From: Sphingobium sp.
GTDB taxonomy: Bacteria > Pseudomonadota > Alphaproteobacteria > Sphingomonadales > Sphingomonadaceae
Length of the DNA: 64,000 nucleotides
Direction of reading: 5' to 3'
Assembly: GCA_034519505.1 (NCBI GenBank)
Contig: JAXHOI010000004.1
Span: forward strand, 22,177 to 86,176
In this document: piece by piece, positions 25,506-36,149 of the stretch
Layout of the letters: each line of letters starts with the position of its first letter
How positions within the stretch are numbered: position 1 is the first letter of the stretch
The notes under the pieces: generated by a model
What the model saw: only the letters and a program-made list of their open reading frames with translations
Database searches by the model: none
Told to the model about the DNA's origin: nothing
Made by a program: the position numbers and the translations under genes

Positions 25506-28148
25506 TCAGAAACTCGCCGTCACGCCGAAGAAGAAGGTGCGGCCATATTCGGCCGATTCCTGAAGATAGGCCTGGTTTGGGCCGACCAGTTCCCGTCGCC
25601 CGGCATCGGACAGATTCTGCCCTTCGACGTACAGGGAGAGCGACGGCGTGATACGATAGCTGATGTTCGCGTCAAAGGTCGTGCGCCCTTTCCAATATTG
25701 ATCGGCATTGGGAATCGTGTCGTTGATCGTTTCCAGGAAGCCGCCGATATAGTTGTATGAGATCCGTCCTTCAAACTTGCCGCGCTGGTAATAGACGGTG
25801 GCGTTGGCCGTTACGTCAGGCTGCAGGAACAGGCCGGTTCGGCGCGGCCCCACCGATGTCAGGAACGCGAATTTGGAATCGATCAGCGTCACATTGCCGC
25901 TAACGCCAAAGCCATTCAGCGGATCGGGCAGGAAGGTGAGCGCCTGTTGTGCGGCAAGTTCGATGCCCCGGATGCGGGCATTTTGGGCGTTCTGCGGCGT
26001 GGTGACAATCACCTGCTCCGGCCCGCGTCCGACATCGAGCGTTTCGACGCTCGTGAGCGAGAAGATTTCGTCGCGGATCGACTTGGAAAACACGGCGAGC
26101 GAAACCAGCCCGTCATTGGGATAGGCTTCGAAGCTGAGGTCGAAGCCCCGGCTGCGGCGCGGCTTCAGCCCCGGATTGCCGCGCGTTAGCCGTGCCTGGC
26201 TGCCGTCGAAGGTCAAATTCTGGGAGGCGGATATCGAGCCATAGTCGGGACGTCCGATGGTGTTCGTGTATGCAGCCCGGACGACGAAGTCCCGGTTCAC
26301 GTCCCAGCGAAGATGGACGCCCGGCAGCCAGTTGTCATAGCTGCCGCCGGTTTCGACCGGGGTCAGCGTGGCACCCTGCGCGCGCAGACCGGTGGAATCC
26401 ACCTTGGTATGCTCGTAACGCAGGCCGGCAAGAAGCGTAAGGTTGCCCAGCTTGACGCTGCCTTGCAGGTAACTCGCATAGACGTCCTCTTCCACGCGAT
26501 AGGCACCGCTGTTCGGGCGGACTGTCGTTACGAAACTGGCGCGATTGGCGTCGAAAAACTGCTGGTACGCGCTAACGCCAATGCGCGGGCTCAGCAGATA
26601 CTGACCGCGGATCAGCTTGTCGGGACCGGGCACATCCACCGCGTCGAGCGAGTAGGTGAAACCGCTGGCCGCGGTGTAGTCGGTCTGCGCGTTGCTGAAA
26701 CTGCGGCGCGTCGTGCGATAGACGCCGCCGGCCTTCAACTTCACGCCATGGTCGTCGTCCCAGGCTGCATTCAGCCGGAACTGGCCGCTCTTCTCCAGCG
26801 TGCGCAAGTCCTGGTCACGCTGCTGCTGCAGGAAGAAGTTGGCCGGATTGCGATTGGCCGCCGGGTTGACCGGCGTGAACACCGGATAGAAGCCCGAAGT
26901 ATCGTAGCTGAAGGCATAGTTGCCCGCCTGTGTATCGCGCGTGCGAAACTCGATGGATTCATTGGGGACATGCAGGCGCCCTTGCGAATAGATGGCGTCG
27001 GTGTCGATCGTCCAGCGCGTGTCAGGCTTCCACTCCGCCTCCGTGCGGCCGATGACGATGCGCCGTCGCGTGATGGGCTGGTTGAGCTGGATGATATTGC
27101 GGCCGCCGGTGAACCGTCCGCTCGTCGGTGTCTGGTCCCGCACCGTCGAAAAGGCACCGGAGGTGAGCGGTTCGGTGCGAAACTCGATCCGTTCCTCATC
27201 ATCCTCCGTCCTGGCGAGTATCCCGCTCAGTCCCCAGCGGAAACTGTCGCCGCGATATTCGATCTTCGCGTTTGCCCCTGCACGCTGCTTGGTATTGTTG
27301 TACCAGAACAGGCGCAGTTGCGTCGGCACCTGTATGCCGTTGCCGCGCGGGTCGCCGGAGTTTACCGGTGCGCCAGCCGCAGTATATTCGCGGACGGAGG
27401 GATTGGCGACCTCGATCTGGGGAATGTCATAATCCAGCTGTTCGAAGCTGGCGCCCACAACGACGCCCCATTGGTCGTCGGCCCCGAAACGGCCGCCGCT
27501 GGCAAACGCGAAGCGCATGGACGGCTTGTTATTACGCACCTCGCCATGCTGCTCGTATATCCCATAGGAGGCGATGCCGTTAAAGAACATGTCGCGCTTC
27601 GCATCGAAGGCAGATCGAGTCGCGATGTTGATGATGCCGCCGACCGCATTGGCGTCATTTTCGGGCGTCACGGTCTTGATGACTTCCACCCGGCCCGCCA
27701 TCACCGAAGGCACGATGTCCAATGGAACGGTGCGTCCGCTTTCGTCGACGCCCGAAACGATCGCACCGTCCACCGTGGTCCGGTTATAGGTGGATGTCAG
27801 GCCACGCAGCACGGGGAAGCGCGGTTCGCCCTGATCTTCCTGAACCGACACGCCGGGAATGCGGCGCAGCGCGGCGGCGGTATTGTGATCGGGCAGCTTG
27901 CCGATGTCGTCCGATGAAATGACGTCCGACACCGCGAATGCTTCGCGCTTGACCTCTCTCGCGATGCGCTGTGCTTCTCGCTGGCCGGTGACGACGATGT
28001 CTCCCTGGGCAGCGGTTTCGCCTTCGTCCGGCGCGGCCTGTGCGGCGACATCGTCCTGCGCCGCAGCATCGTGCGAAATCATTGCCAGATGGCAGACGCC
28101 GCACAGCATCAGTGCCGCAGCACCGCGGATATTCTTCGCAATCATCAT
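25506..28148 (-). CDS. TonB-dependent receptor
   Basis: DIVVTG TonB box, DIGKLPD...RRIPGVS plug, GNPGLKP, C-terminal Phe. Confidence 0.93.
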   Translation of the reverse strand: MMIAKNIRGAAALMLCGVCHLAMISHDAAAQDDVAAQAAPDEGETAAQGDIVVTGQREAQRIAREVKREAFAVSDVISSDDIGKLPDHNTAAALRRIPGVSVQEDQGEPRFPVLRGLTSTYNRTTVDGAIVSGVDESGRTVPLDIVPSVMAGRVEVIKTVTPENDANAVGGIINIATRSAFDAKRDMFFNGIASYGIYEQHGEVRNNKPSMRFAFASGGRFGADDQWGVVVGASFEQLDYDIPQIEVANPSVREYTAAGAPVNSGDPRGNGIQVPTQLRLFWYNNTKQRAGANAKIEYRGDSFRWGLSGILARTEDDEERIEFRTEPLTSGAFSTVRDQTPTSGRFTGGRNIIQLNQPITRRRIVIGRTEAEWKPDTRWTIDTDAIYSQGRLHVPNESIEFRTRDTQAGNYAFSYDTSGFYPVFTPVNPAANRNPANFFLQQQRDQDLRTLEKSGQFRLNAAWDDDHGVKLKAGGVYRTTRRSFSNAQTDYTAASGFTYSLDAVDVPGPDKLIRGQYLLSPRIGVSAYQQFFDANRASFVTTVRPNSGAYRVEEDVYASYLQGSVKLGNLTLLAGLRYEHTKVDSTGLRAQGATLTPVETGGSYDNWLPGVHLRWDVNRDFVVRAAYTNTIGRPDYGSISASQNLTFDGSQARLTRGNPGLKPRRSRGFDLSFEAYPNDGLVSLAVFSKSIRDEIFSLTSVETLDVGRGPEQVIVTTPQNAQNARIRGIELAAQQALTFLPDPLNGFGVSGNVTLIDSKFAFLTSVGPRRTGLFLQPDVTANATVYYQRGKFEGRISYNYIGGFLETINDTIPNADQYWKGRTTFDANISYRITPSLSLYVEGQNLSDAGRRELVGPNQAYLQESAEYGRTFFFGVTASF

Positions 28149-28208
28149 TATCCCCCTCGTGGCCGGCCTCCCTTTAGGTTTGCTGGATGACGGGGAAACG
28201 TAAGGGGC

Positions 28209-28245
28209 GTTGCAATGCGGTGACGGGCTGTCACGCCATTGCCAT
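28209..28245. promoter_or_regulatory. Pho-box-like repeats upstream of the TBDR
   Basis: Minus strand CCGTCAC-CGCA-TTGCAAC (28226-28209) and plus strand CTGTCAC-GCCA-TTGCCAT (28228-28245); 11-bp periodicity as in CTGTCAT-N4-CTGTCAT. Confidence 0.45.
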
Positions 28246-28306
28246 TTTGTCGGTTCGGTGGTCGCGGGCTGCGTGGCCGCTTAAATACGCTCGGTCTGAA
28301 GTTGAG

Positions 28307-28759
28307 CTATTGCGGCGTTCGCGACAGCAGCGCCATGCGCAGGCACTGGCACACAATCTCGTCACGCTGATTGTGCAGGCTGTGTGCGAAGGTCACGATC
28401 CCTGCATCCGGGCGCGATCGGCTTTCGCGCAGTTCGACCACCTCCGTCCGGGCGCGCAAGGTGTCGCCGATGAACACAGGCTTGGGCATGACCAGCTTGT
28501 CGTACCCCAGATTGGCGACCAGCGTGCCAAGGGTCGTGTCGCCGACCGAAAGGCCGACCATCAGCGCGAATGTGAAGGTGCCGTTGACCAGGATCTGGCC
28601 GAATTCCGACGCCCTGGCCGCTTCCGCGTCGATGTGCAGCGGCTGCGGATTGTGCGTCATCGTCGAAAACAGCAGATTGTCGGTCTCGGTGACCGTGCGG
28701 CGGACCTCATGCGCAATGCTGTCGCCCACGGTCCAAGCGTCAAAATAGCGTCCGGCCAT
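28307..28759 (-). CDS. MaoC-family (R)-specific enoyl-CoA hydratase/dehydratase
   Basis: RTVTETDNLLF...HNPQPLHID, PVFIGDTL hot-dog fold motifs. Confidence 0.88.
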   Translation of the reverse strand: MAGRYFDAWTVGDSIAHEVRRTVTETDNLLFSTMTHNPQPLHIDAEAARASEFGQILVNGTFTFALMVGLSVGDTTLGTLVANLGYDKLVMPKPVFIGDTLRARTEVVELRESRSRPDAGIVTFAHSLHNQRDEIVCQCLRMALLSRTPQ

Positions 28760-28764
28760 CGCCT

Positions 28765-29235
28765 TCAATCCCCGATCTTCATCTTCATGCCGACATGGCT
28801 GGCCGCAAAGCCCAGCCGTTCATAGAAACGATGCGCGTCCCTGCGCTGGACGTTGGAGGTTAATTGAATCACGCGGCAGCCGCGGGCGCGGCAGCGCTCG
28901 ATCGCCCAACGGATCATTTCGGCACCCAGCCCTTCGCCACGCCGTTCGCTGGCGATCTGCACCGCCTCGATCTGGCCCTTCCATCCGCCGACATGGCTTA
29001 AGCTTGGCAGGAAAGAGAGCTGCATCGTGCCGACTATTTCACCCGCCAACTCCGCAACCAGCAGATGCTGGTTCGGGTCCGTGGCAATCGCGTCGAAGGC
29101 TGCCAGATAGTCCTGATGCAGGGGAAGCGACGGTTGTTCGCGTGCGCTGCCCAGAATGTCATTCGCCAGCATACCCACGATGGCGGGCAGGTCGTCCAGC
29201 CCGGCCTCCCGAATGTGCAGGCGCATATCCGTCAT
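28765..29235 (-). CDS. GNAT family N-acetyltransferase
   Basis: RRGEGLG acetyl-CoA motif; AHRFYERLGF. Confidence 0.88.
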   Translation of the reverse strand: MTDMRLHIREAGLDDLPAIVGMLANDILGSAREQPSLPLHQDYLAAFDAIATDPNQHLLVAELAGEIVGTMQLSFLPSLSHVGGWKGQIEAVQIASERRGEGLGAEMIRWAIERCRARGCRVIQLTSNVQRRDAHRFYERLGFAASHVGMKMKIGD

Positions 29236-31104
29236 GCCGGCTCGATCCGGGCAAGCAGCATGCCTTCGCTCACCTGGCCGCCTTCCTGCGCATGATATTC
29301 CTTCACCACGCCATCGAACGGCGCGAGCAGGCTGTGCTCCATCTTCATCGCCTCCAGCGTCAGCAGCTTCTGACCCTTGCTGACGCTATCGCCCGCTTTC
29401 ACATTGGCCGCAATGATGCGACCGGGCATGGGAGAGAGGATCGCGCCATCCGCCGCGCCGCCGCCGCCGGTCCCTTGCGCGCGGGCGATGTGCAGGATGA
29501 AATGTTCGCCGCCTTCGTCGATCGAGGTTTCGGCGTCTGCGGGCCAGTCGTCCAGTGCCGGTTCATCGGTCCAGTCCGTGACATAGTGTCGCCCGAACTG
29601 GTCGGTCAGACGCGCTTCCCGCCGCGTCGGCGCGTTAAGGCGCAGGCCCGACTGACTGGTCCATGGGTTGCGTCCCGGCGTCCCGATCAGGCGGGATGCG
29701 GCGCGGGCCAGTTCCTCGCTGCTCGGCTCCGGCCGGGCGCAAAGCGTTTCGATATTGCGCTCGATCAGGCCGGTGTCGACATCGCCCTGCTGAAACGCGG
29801 CATCACCCAGCACGCGCCACAGGAAGCCGGCATTGGAGACGAGCGGGGCCACGACGCCATCGTCCAAGGCATCGCGCAGCGCGGCGATCGCCCGTGCACG
29901 GTCCTCGCGATGCACGATCAGCTTGGCGATCATCGGGTCGTAGAAGGGCGTTATGCGCGCGCCCTGCTCGACCCCGGTATCGACGCGGATGCGGCGGGCA
30001 GAAGATGCAAATGCGTCGAGCGTGCCGATCGACTGGGCAGGAAGCCCTTGGTCGGGTCCTCCGCATAAAGCCGTGCTTCCATCGCCCAGCCGGTGATCGT
30101 CAGTTCGTCCTGGCGTTTGGGCAAGGGCTCGCCGCTCGCGACGCGCAGTTGCCACTCGACCAGATCCTGACCCGGTGATCTCCTCGGTCACCGGATGCTC
30201 GACCTGCAGGCGCGTGTTCATTTCCATGAACCAGATGCGGTCGGCGCGCAGCCCTTCGGTGGCGTCGGCGATGAACTCGATGGTGCCGGCGCCGACATAA
30301 TCGACCGCCTTGGCGGCGCGCACCGCCGCCGCACATATCGCTTCGCGCGTCGCGGCGTCCATGCCGGGCGCGGGGGCTTCCTCGATCACCTTCTGGTGGC
30401 GGCGCTGCAGCGAGCAGTCGCGTTCGAACAGGTGGACGACATTGCCGTGGCGGTCGCCGAACACCTGCACTTCGATGTGGCGCGGGCGAGAGGATATATT
30501 TCTCGAGCAGCACCCGGTCGTCGCCGAACTGGACGCGGCCTCGCGCTGGCACGAGGCGAGCGCGTCGGCGAACTCGCTCTGGCTGCATCGACGCTGCGCA
30601 TGCCCTTGCCGCCGCCGCCGGCGACGGCCTTGATCAGGACGGGGTAGCCGATGGCGTCCGCCTCCGCCTGCAGCCGCGCGGGGCTTTGGTCTTCGCCCAG
30701 ATAGCCGGGCGTTACGGGCACGCCCGCTGCGATCATGCGCGCCTTTGCCGCGTCCTTCAGGCCCATGGCGCGGATGCTGTCGGGGTTGGGGCCGACCCAG
30801 ATCAGGCCGGCGTCGATGACCGCCTGCGCGAATGCGGCATTTTCCGACAGGAAGCCGTAGCCGGGATGGATCGCCTCGGCGCCCGTTGCCTTTGCCGCCG
30901 CGATGATGCGATCGCCGACGCAGATAGCTTTCCCGAGCCGGCGACGGGCCGATGTGGACGGCCTCGTCGGCCTAGCGCACATGCAGCGCCGTCGGCGTCC
31001 GCATCGGAATAGACCGCAATCGTGCGAATGCCGAGGGTTCGCGCGGTGCGGATGACGCGGCAGGCGATTTCGCCGCGATTGGCGATGAGCAGGGACTGGA
31101 TCAC
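29232..31104 (-). pseudogene. mccA: 3-methylcrotonyl-CoA carboxylase alpha (biotin) subunit, broken by several frameshifts and a TAG
   Basis: [44 protein letters not shown] and EAMKM are spread over several reading frames; in-frame TAG near 30972. Confidence 0.75.
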
Positions 31105-32781
31105 ATGCGGAACACCCCGAAACGGGGCGCCTCCTCTATCGGGGCGTTGAGCGTGGCGGCAAAGGCAAGGCCGAGCACGTCGCGGGTCTGCGCCGGGTCG
31201 ATGATGCCGTCGTCCCACAGCCGCGCGGTGGCGTAATAGGGGTTGCCCTCGTCCTCATATTTCTGGCGGATCGGCGCCTTGAAGGCCTCGGCCTCCTCCG
31301 CGGTCCATTTCGTCGCGTCGCGGTGGACGGTGGCCAGGACGCTGGCGGCCTGCTCGCCGCCCATCACGCTGATGCGCGCGTTGGGCCAGGTGAACAGGAA
31401 GCGGGGCGAATAGGCGCGGCCGCACATGCCGTAATTGCCCGCGCCGAAGCTGCCGCCGATCAGCACGGTGACTTTCGGCACCGTCGCGGTGGCGACCGCG
31501 GTGACCAGCTTTGCGCCATGCTTGGCGATGCCCTCCGCCTCATATTTGCCGCCGACCATGAAGCCGGAGATGTTCTGGAGGAACAGCAGCGGAATGCGCC
31601 GCTGGCACGCCAGTTCGATGAAATGCGCGCCCTTTTGCGCGCTTTCGCTGAACAGCACGCCGTTGTTGGCGAGGATCGCCACCGGCATGCCCCAGATGTG
31701 GGCGAAGCCGCAGACCAGCGTGGTGCCGTAGTGCGCCTTGAACTCGTGGAACTCGCTGCCGTCGACGATGCGCGCGATGACTTCGCGGACGTCATAGGGC
31801 GCGCGGACGTCGTCGGGGACGATGCCGTAGAGCTCTTCGGGGTCGTAGAACGGCGGCGGCACGCGGGCTGCGGCGATCGATCGCGGTCTGCGCTGGGCGG
31901 CTGCAAGGTGGAGACGATGTCGCGCACGATGGTCAGCGCATGTTCGTCATTGTCCGCGACATGATCGACCACGCCGGACCTGCGCCCATGCAGGTCGCCG
32001 CCGCCCAGATCCTCGGCCGTGATGACCTCGCCGGTCGCCGCCTTCACCAGCGGCGGGCCGGCGAGGAAGATCGTGCCCTGGTTGCGGACGATCACGCTCT
32101 CGTCGGACATGGCGGGCACATACGCGCCGCCCGCGGTGCAGCTGCCCATGACGCAGGCGATCTGCGGGATGCCGAGCGCGGACATGTTCGCCTGATTGAA
32201 GAAGATGCGGCCGAAGTGGTCGCGGTCGGGGAAGACCTCCGCCTGGTGCGGCAGGTTCGCCCCGCCGCTGTCGACCAGATAGATGCAGGGCAGGCGGTTT
32301 TCCTGCGCGATCTCCTGCGCGCGCAGGTGCTTTTTGACGGTCAGCGGGTAATAGGTGCCGCCCTTCACCGTCGCGTCGTTGCACACGATCATGCACTGGC
32401 GGCCCGAGACGCGGCCGATCCCGGCGATCATGCCCGCGCCCGGCACCTCGTCGTCATAGAGGCCGTTGGCGACGAGCTGGCCGATCTCCAGGAAGGGCGA
32501 GCCGGGATCGAGCAGGCGTTCGCACCCGCTCGCGCGGCAGCAGTTTGCCGCGCGCGGTGTGGCGTGCGCGACTCGCGGCGCCTTGCGGCCGTCGCCAGCC
32601 CGCCAGGGCGCGGATCGGGGCGTTGCCGAAGCTTGTCGCGCACCATGCGGCGAGCGTCGCTCAGCGGCAGCCGCGCGGTCAGGTGCGCGTGTCGCACGGC
32701 GAAACGGCGCTCGGCGTCTGATCGCAGCCTCGCCCGCCGCCGGCCCCTGCCGATTGCGGTGGCCCGAGGCTCGCGCGTCAT
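31101..32781 (-). pseudogene. mccB: 3-methylcrotonyl-CoA carboxylase beta subunit, frameshifted
   Basis: [27 protein letters not shown] in ORF 31460-33199; [16 protein letters not shown] and FGVFRM in ORF 31101-31862; 5' end garbled. Confidence 0.78.
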
Positions 32782-33942
32782 GCGCCCGATCAGTTCGCGG
32801 CCGATCAGCATCCGCCGGATCTCGTTCGTGCCCGCGCCGATGTCGAGCAGCTTGGCATCGCGCAGATAGCGCTCCACCGGCCAGTCGGTGGTGTAGCCCG
32901 CGCCGCCCAGCGCCTGCACCGCCTCGAGCGGCGACCTTGACGGCGTTCTCGCTGGCGAGCAGGATCGCGCCCGCCGCGTCGAAGCGGGTCGTGTGCCCGG
33001 CGTCGCAATTGGCGACGGCATAGACATAGGCGCGGGCCGATTGCAGCGCGACATACATGTCGGCGACCTTGGCCTGCATCAGCTGGAACGCGCCGATCGG
33101 CTTGCCGAACTGCTTGCGCTCGCGCAGATAGGGCATGACCGTGTCGAGGCAGGCCTGCATGATGCCAAGCTGCAATGCCGGCGAGCACCACGCGTTCATA
33201 ATCCAGCCCGCTCATCAGCACGCCGACGCCGCCATTCAGCGGCCCCATGACGTTCTCGAACGGCACTTCGCAATCGGTGAAGACGAGTTCGGCGGTGGGC
33301 GAGCCACGCATACCCATCTTGTCGATCTTCTGGCCGACCGCGAAGCCCGTCATGCCCTTCTCGATCAGGAAGGCGGTGATGCCGCGCGACCCGGCCTGGC
33401 CGTCGGTCTTGGCATAGACCACCAGCGTGTCGGCATAGGGCGCGTTGGTGATCCAGAACTTGGTGCCGTTGAGCACGTAGCGGTCGCCCTGACCGCGTCG
33501 GCCTTCAGCTTCATCGAGACCACGTCCGAGCCGGCGCCCGCCTCGGACATGGCGAGGCTGCCGACATGCTCGCCGGAGATCAGCTTGGGCAGATATTTCG
33601 CCTTCTGCTCGTCGTTCCCCCAGCGGCGGATCTGGTTGACGCACAGGTTGGAATGCGCGCCGTAGCTGAGGCCGATCGAGGCCGAGGCGCGGCTGACTTC
33701 CTCGACCGCGACGACATGCTCCAGATAGCCGAGGCCGAGCCCGCCCCATTCTTCCTCGACGGTGATGCCGTGCAGGCCGAGCTCGCCCATTTCGGGCCAC
33801 AGATCGCGCGGGAACCGGTCTTCGCGCGTCGATCTTGCGCCGCGGGCGGGCGATCTGCTCGTCGGCGAAGCGCGCGGTGCTGTCGCGGATCATCTCGGCC
33901 GCTTCGCCGAGCTGGAAGTCGAAATCGGGTATCATTAAGCAT
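32778..33942 (-). pseudogene. ivd: Isovaleryl-CoA dehydrogenase, frameshifted
   Basis: [54 protein letters not shown] distributed over several frames. Confidence 0.8.
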
Positions 33943-34019
33943 CACCTCTCCAGAACTGCTAACCTGCAGGCTAATCGCTTTGGCAGGCGATGGAAAATTG
34001 AAACTGATGCGCCAACTGT

Positions 34020-34034
34020 ATAGATGATATCTAT
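34020..34034. promoter_or_regulatory. LysR box ATAGAT-GAT-ATCTAT between ivd and LysR
   Basis: Perfect palindrome with T-N11-A core in a divergent promoter region. Confidence 0.7.
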
Positions 34035-34064
34035 AATACAGGTTAGGTGGATCAGGCGGGGTCG

Positions 34065-34949
34065 ATGTTAGAGCGCTATCTTCTGCGGTATTTCCTGGCA
34101 GTGGTCGATCAGGGCAATTTCTCCCGCGCGGCGATGGCCTGTCATGTTTCGCAGCCAACCTTATCGGCCGGGATCGCGAAGCTGGAACAGTTGCTGGGCG
34201 ACCGGCTTTTCCTGCGTTCCAATCAGCGCGTCCAACTGACCGATGGCGGAACGCGCTTCCTTGGCCATGCCCGGCGGATCGAGGCGGAGTTCAACTTCGC
34301 TGCGCAGGCGCTCACTAGCACAGCGGCGAAACCAACGCTGCGGCTGGGGATATTGTCCAGCATTCCCGGCGATCTGGTTGCGCAGGCGGTGGCGCAGGCG
34401 CGCCCGCAGGACAGCCATGTGTTCGAGTTGATCCACGGGACGGAGCGAGATCTGGTTTCCGCGCTCGCGCGGGGACGGGTGGATGCGGCCCTGGGACTCG
34501 TCGGACGGGGCGCCGCTCGGTTTCTGGAGGAGTCGGTGGTGGAAGAGGGCTATGCTCTCGCGATGCCCGACGGCCATCCGCTGTCCGGCGCGCAGAGTAT
34601 TGCGGGGGAAGCGCTTGCCGACAATGTGATGATCGTCCGCCGCCACTGCGAGGTGCTGTCGGAAACCAGCCGCTATTTCACGGAACGCGGCGTTCGCCCG
34701 CATTTCGCGATGCGGACGACCAATGATGAGCGGGTGTTGCAGATGGTGGCGGCGGGCATTGGGGTGACGGTCATGCCGCAGAGCTACCGCCATCCCGGTG
34801 TCGTGCAGCCGCGACTGTCGGGGTTCGATGTCCAGCGTACACTGGGTTGGCAATTCGGACATGCGACCGAGCATCTTTCGGAGGCGAGGCCGGCCATCAT
34901 GGCGGCGCTGGAACAGTCGGTGCGGGAGCGGATAGCTGATGCAGCCTGA
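34065..34949 (+). CDS. LysR family regulator (probable regulator of the ivd-mcc operon)
   Basis: NFSRAAMACHVSQPTLSAGIAKLE HTH; divergent from ivd. Confidence 0.9.
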   Translation: MLERYLLRYFLAVVDQGNFSRAAMACHVSQPTLSAGIAKLEQLLGDRLFLRSNQRVQLTDGGTRFLGHARRIEAEFNFAAQALTSTAAKPTLRLGILSSIPGDLVAQAVAQARPQDSHVFELIHGTERDLVSALARGRVDAALGLVGRGAARFLEESVVEEGYALAMPDGHPLSGAQSIAGEALADNVMIVRRHCEVLSETSRYFTERGVRPHFAMRTTNDERVLQMVAAGIGVTVMPQSYRHPGVVQPRLSGFDVQRTLGWQFGHATEHLSEARPAIMAALEQSVRERIADAA

Positions 34950-35050
34950 GTGAGCGGCTCTGCGGCGTTGACCCTCCTTGCCGCTTGTGGATATGGGATC
35001 GCTCTGGTCGCGCCGGCACCGGCGAGCTTCATGGTCGAGGGACATTGCCG

Positions 35051-36010
35051 ATGGCGCGCCTGAAGGGATTGTTCGATCCCTATATCATCGCCTTGCTGGG
35101 AACCGTCGCGCTTGCCTCGCTGCTGCCGGCGCGCGGGCCTGCCGCAACATTTTTCGATTATGCCGCCGACGCGGGTGTCGTGCTGCTGTTTTTCCTGCAC
35201 GGCGCCAAGCTCTCGCGGGAGGCCATTCTTTCCGGCGCGGGCAACTGGCGCCTGCATCTGGCCGTACTGGGCACGACGTTCCTGATATTTCCGCTGCTGG
35301 GTCTGGGCATCGCCGCCATTCCCGGGCTTTCTCCTGTTGTCGCGACGGGCATGCTCTTCCTGACCCTCCTGCCGTCCACGGTTCAATCATCTATCGCCTT
35401 CACCGCCATCGCGCGGGGCAATGTGGCGGCGGCGGTATGCAGCGCGTCCTTTTCCAATCTGATCGGCATCTTCATCACACCGGCACTGGTCGCCCTGTTG
35501 ATGGGGAAGGCGGGCGGGGACGGGGTTTCATTCTCGTCGATCGAGAAAATCGTGCTGCAACTCCTGTTGCCCTTTCTCGCCGGGCATTTCCTGCGCCCGT
35601 GGATCGGTGGGTTCGTCGCGCGGCACAAGGCGATGATCACTTATGTCGATCGCGGCTCCATCCTGCTGATCGTATACACCGCATTCAGTGCCGCCGTGGT
35701 GGAGGGGCTATGGCATCAGATGCCGGTGCCGACACTTGCGGTCATCTTCGGCCTGAGCGCGCTGCTTCTGGCCGTCGTACTGACCTTTACGCGCACGATG
35801 GGCCGATTGCTGGGTCTTTCACGCGAAGATGCCATTGTGCTTCTGTTCTGCGGGTCGAAAAAGAGCCTGGCGTCCGGCGTGCCGATGGCGGGCGTGTTGT
35901 TCCCTGCGGCCGTGGTCGGTCAGGTCATCCTGCCGCTGATGCTGTTTCATCAGTTACAGTTGATCGCGTGCGCCCTGATCGCCCGGCATTTCGCGGCGCA
36001 GCCGGAATAG
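35051..36010 (+). CDS. Bile acid:sodium symporter family (YfeH-like) transporter
   Basis: LFFLHGAKLS, LPSTVQSSIAFT, FCGSKKSLASG, FHQLQL motifs. Confidence 0.88.
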   Translation: MARLKGLFDPYIIALLGTVALASLLPARGPAATFFDYAADAGVVLLFFLHGAKLSREAILSGAGNWRLHLAVLGTTFLIFPLLGLGIAAIPGLSPVVATGMLFLTLLPSTVQSSIAFTAIARGNVAAAVCSASFSNLIGIFITPALVALLMGKAGGDGVSFSSIEKIVLQLLLPFLAGHFLRPWIGGFVARHKAMITYVDRGSILLIVYTAFSAAVVEGLWHQMPVPTLAVIFGLSALLLAVVLTFTRTMGRLLGLSREDAIVLLFCGSKKSLASGVPMAGVLFPAAVVGQVILPLMLFHQLQLIACALIARHFAAQPE

Positions 36011-36149
36011 GGCTGACCTTTCCCGTTACACATTGCGACAATTGCGGTGCACATCTGACATAGAAGGGCGACATCCCCCCTTCATAAGCATCAGCATGGT
36101 TGAACGGCACAGGGCCGATCGGAACATGCACGCAAGAAGGATGTCGCAG

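Noticed and set aside
29990-33942. Programmed frameshifting or phase variation in ivd-mccBA
   Set aside because: Breaks are numerous, irregular and not at slippery or repeat tracts; sequence error is the simpler explanation.
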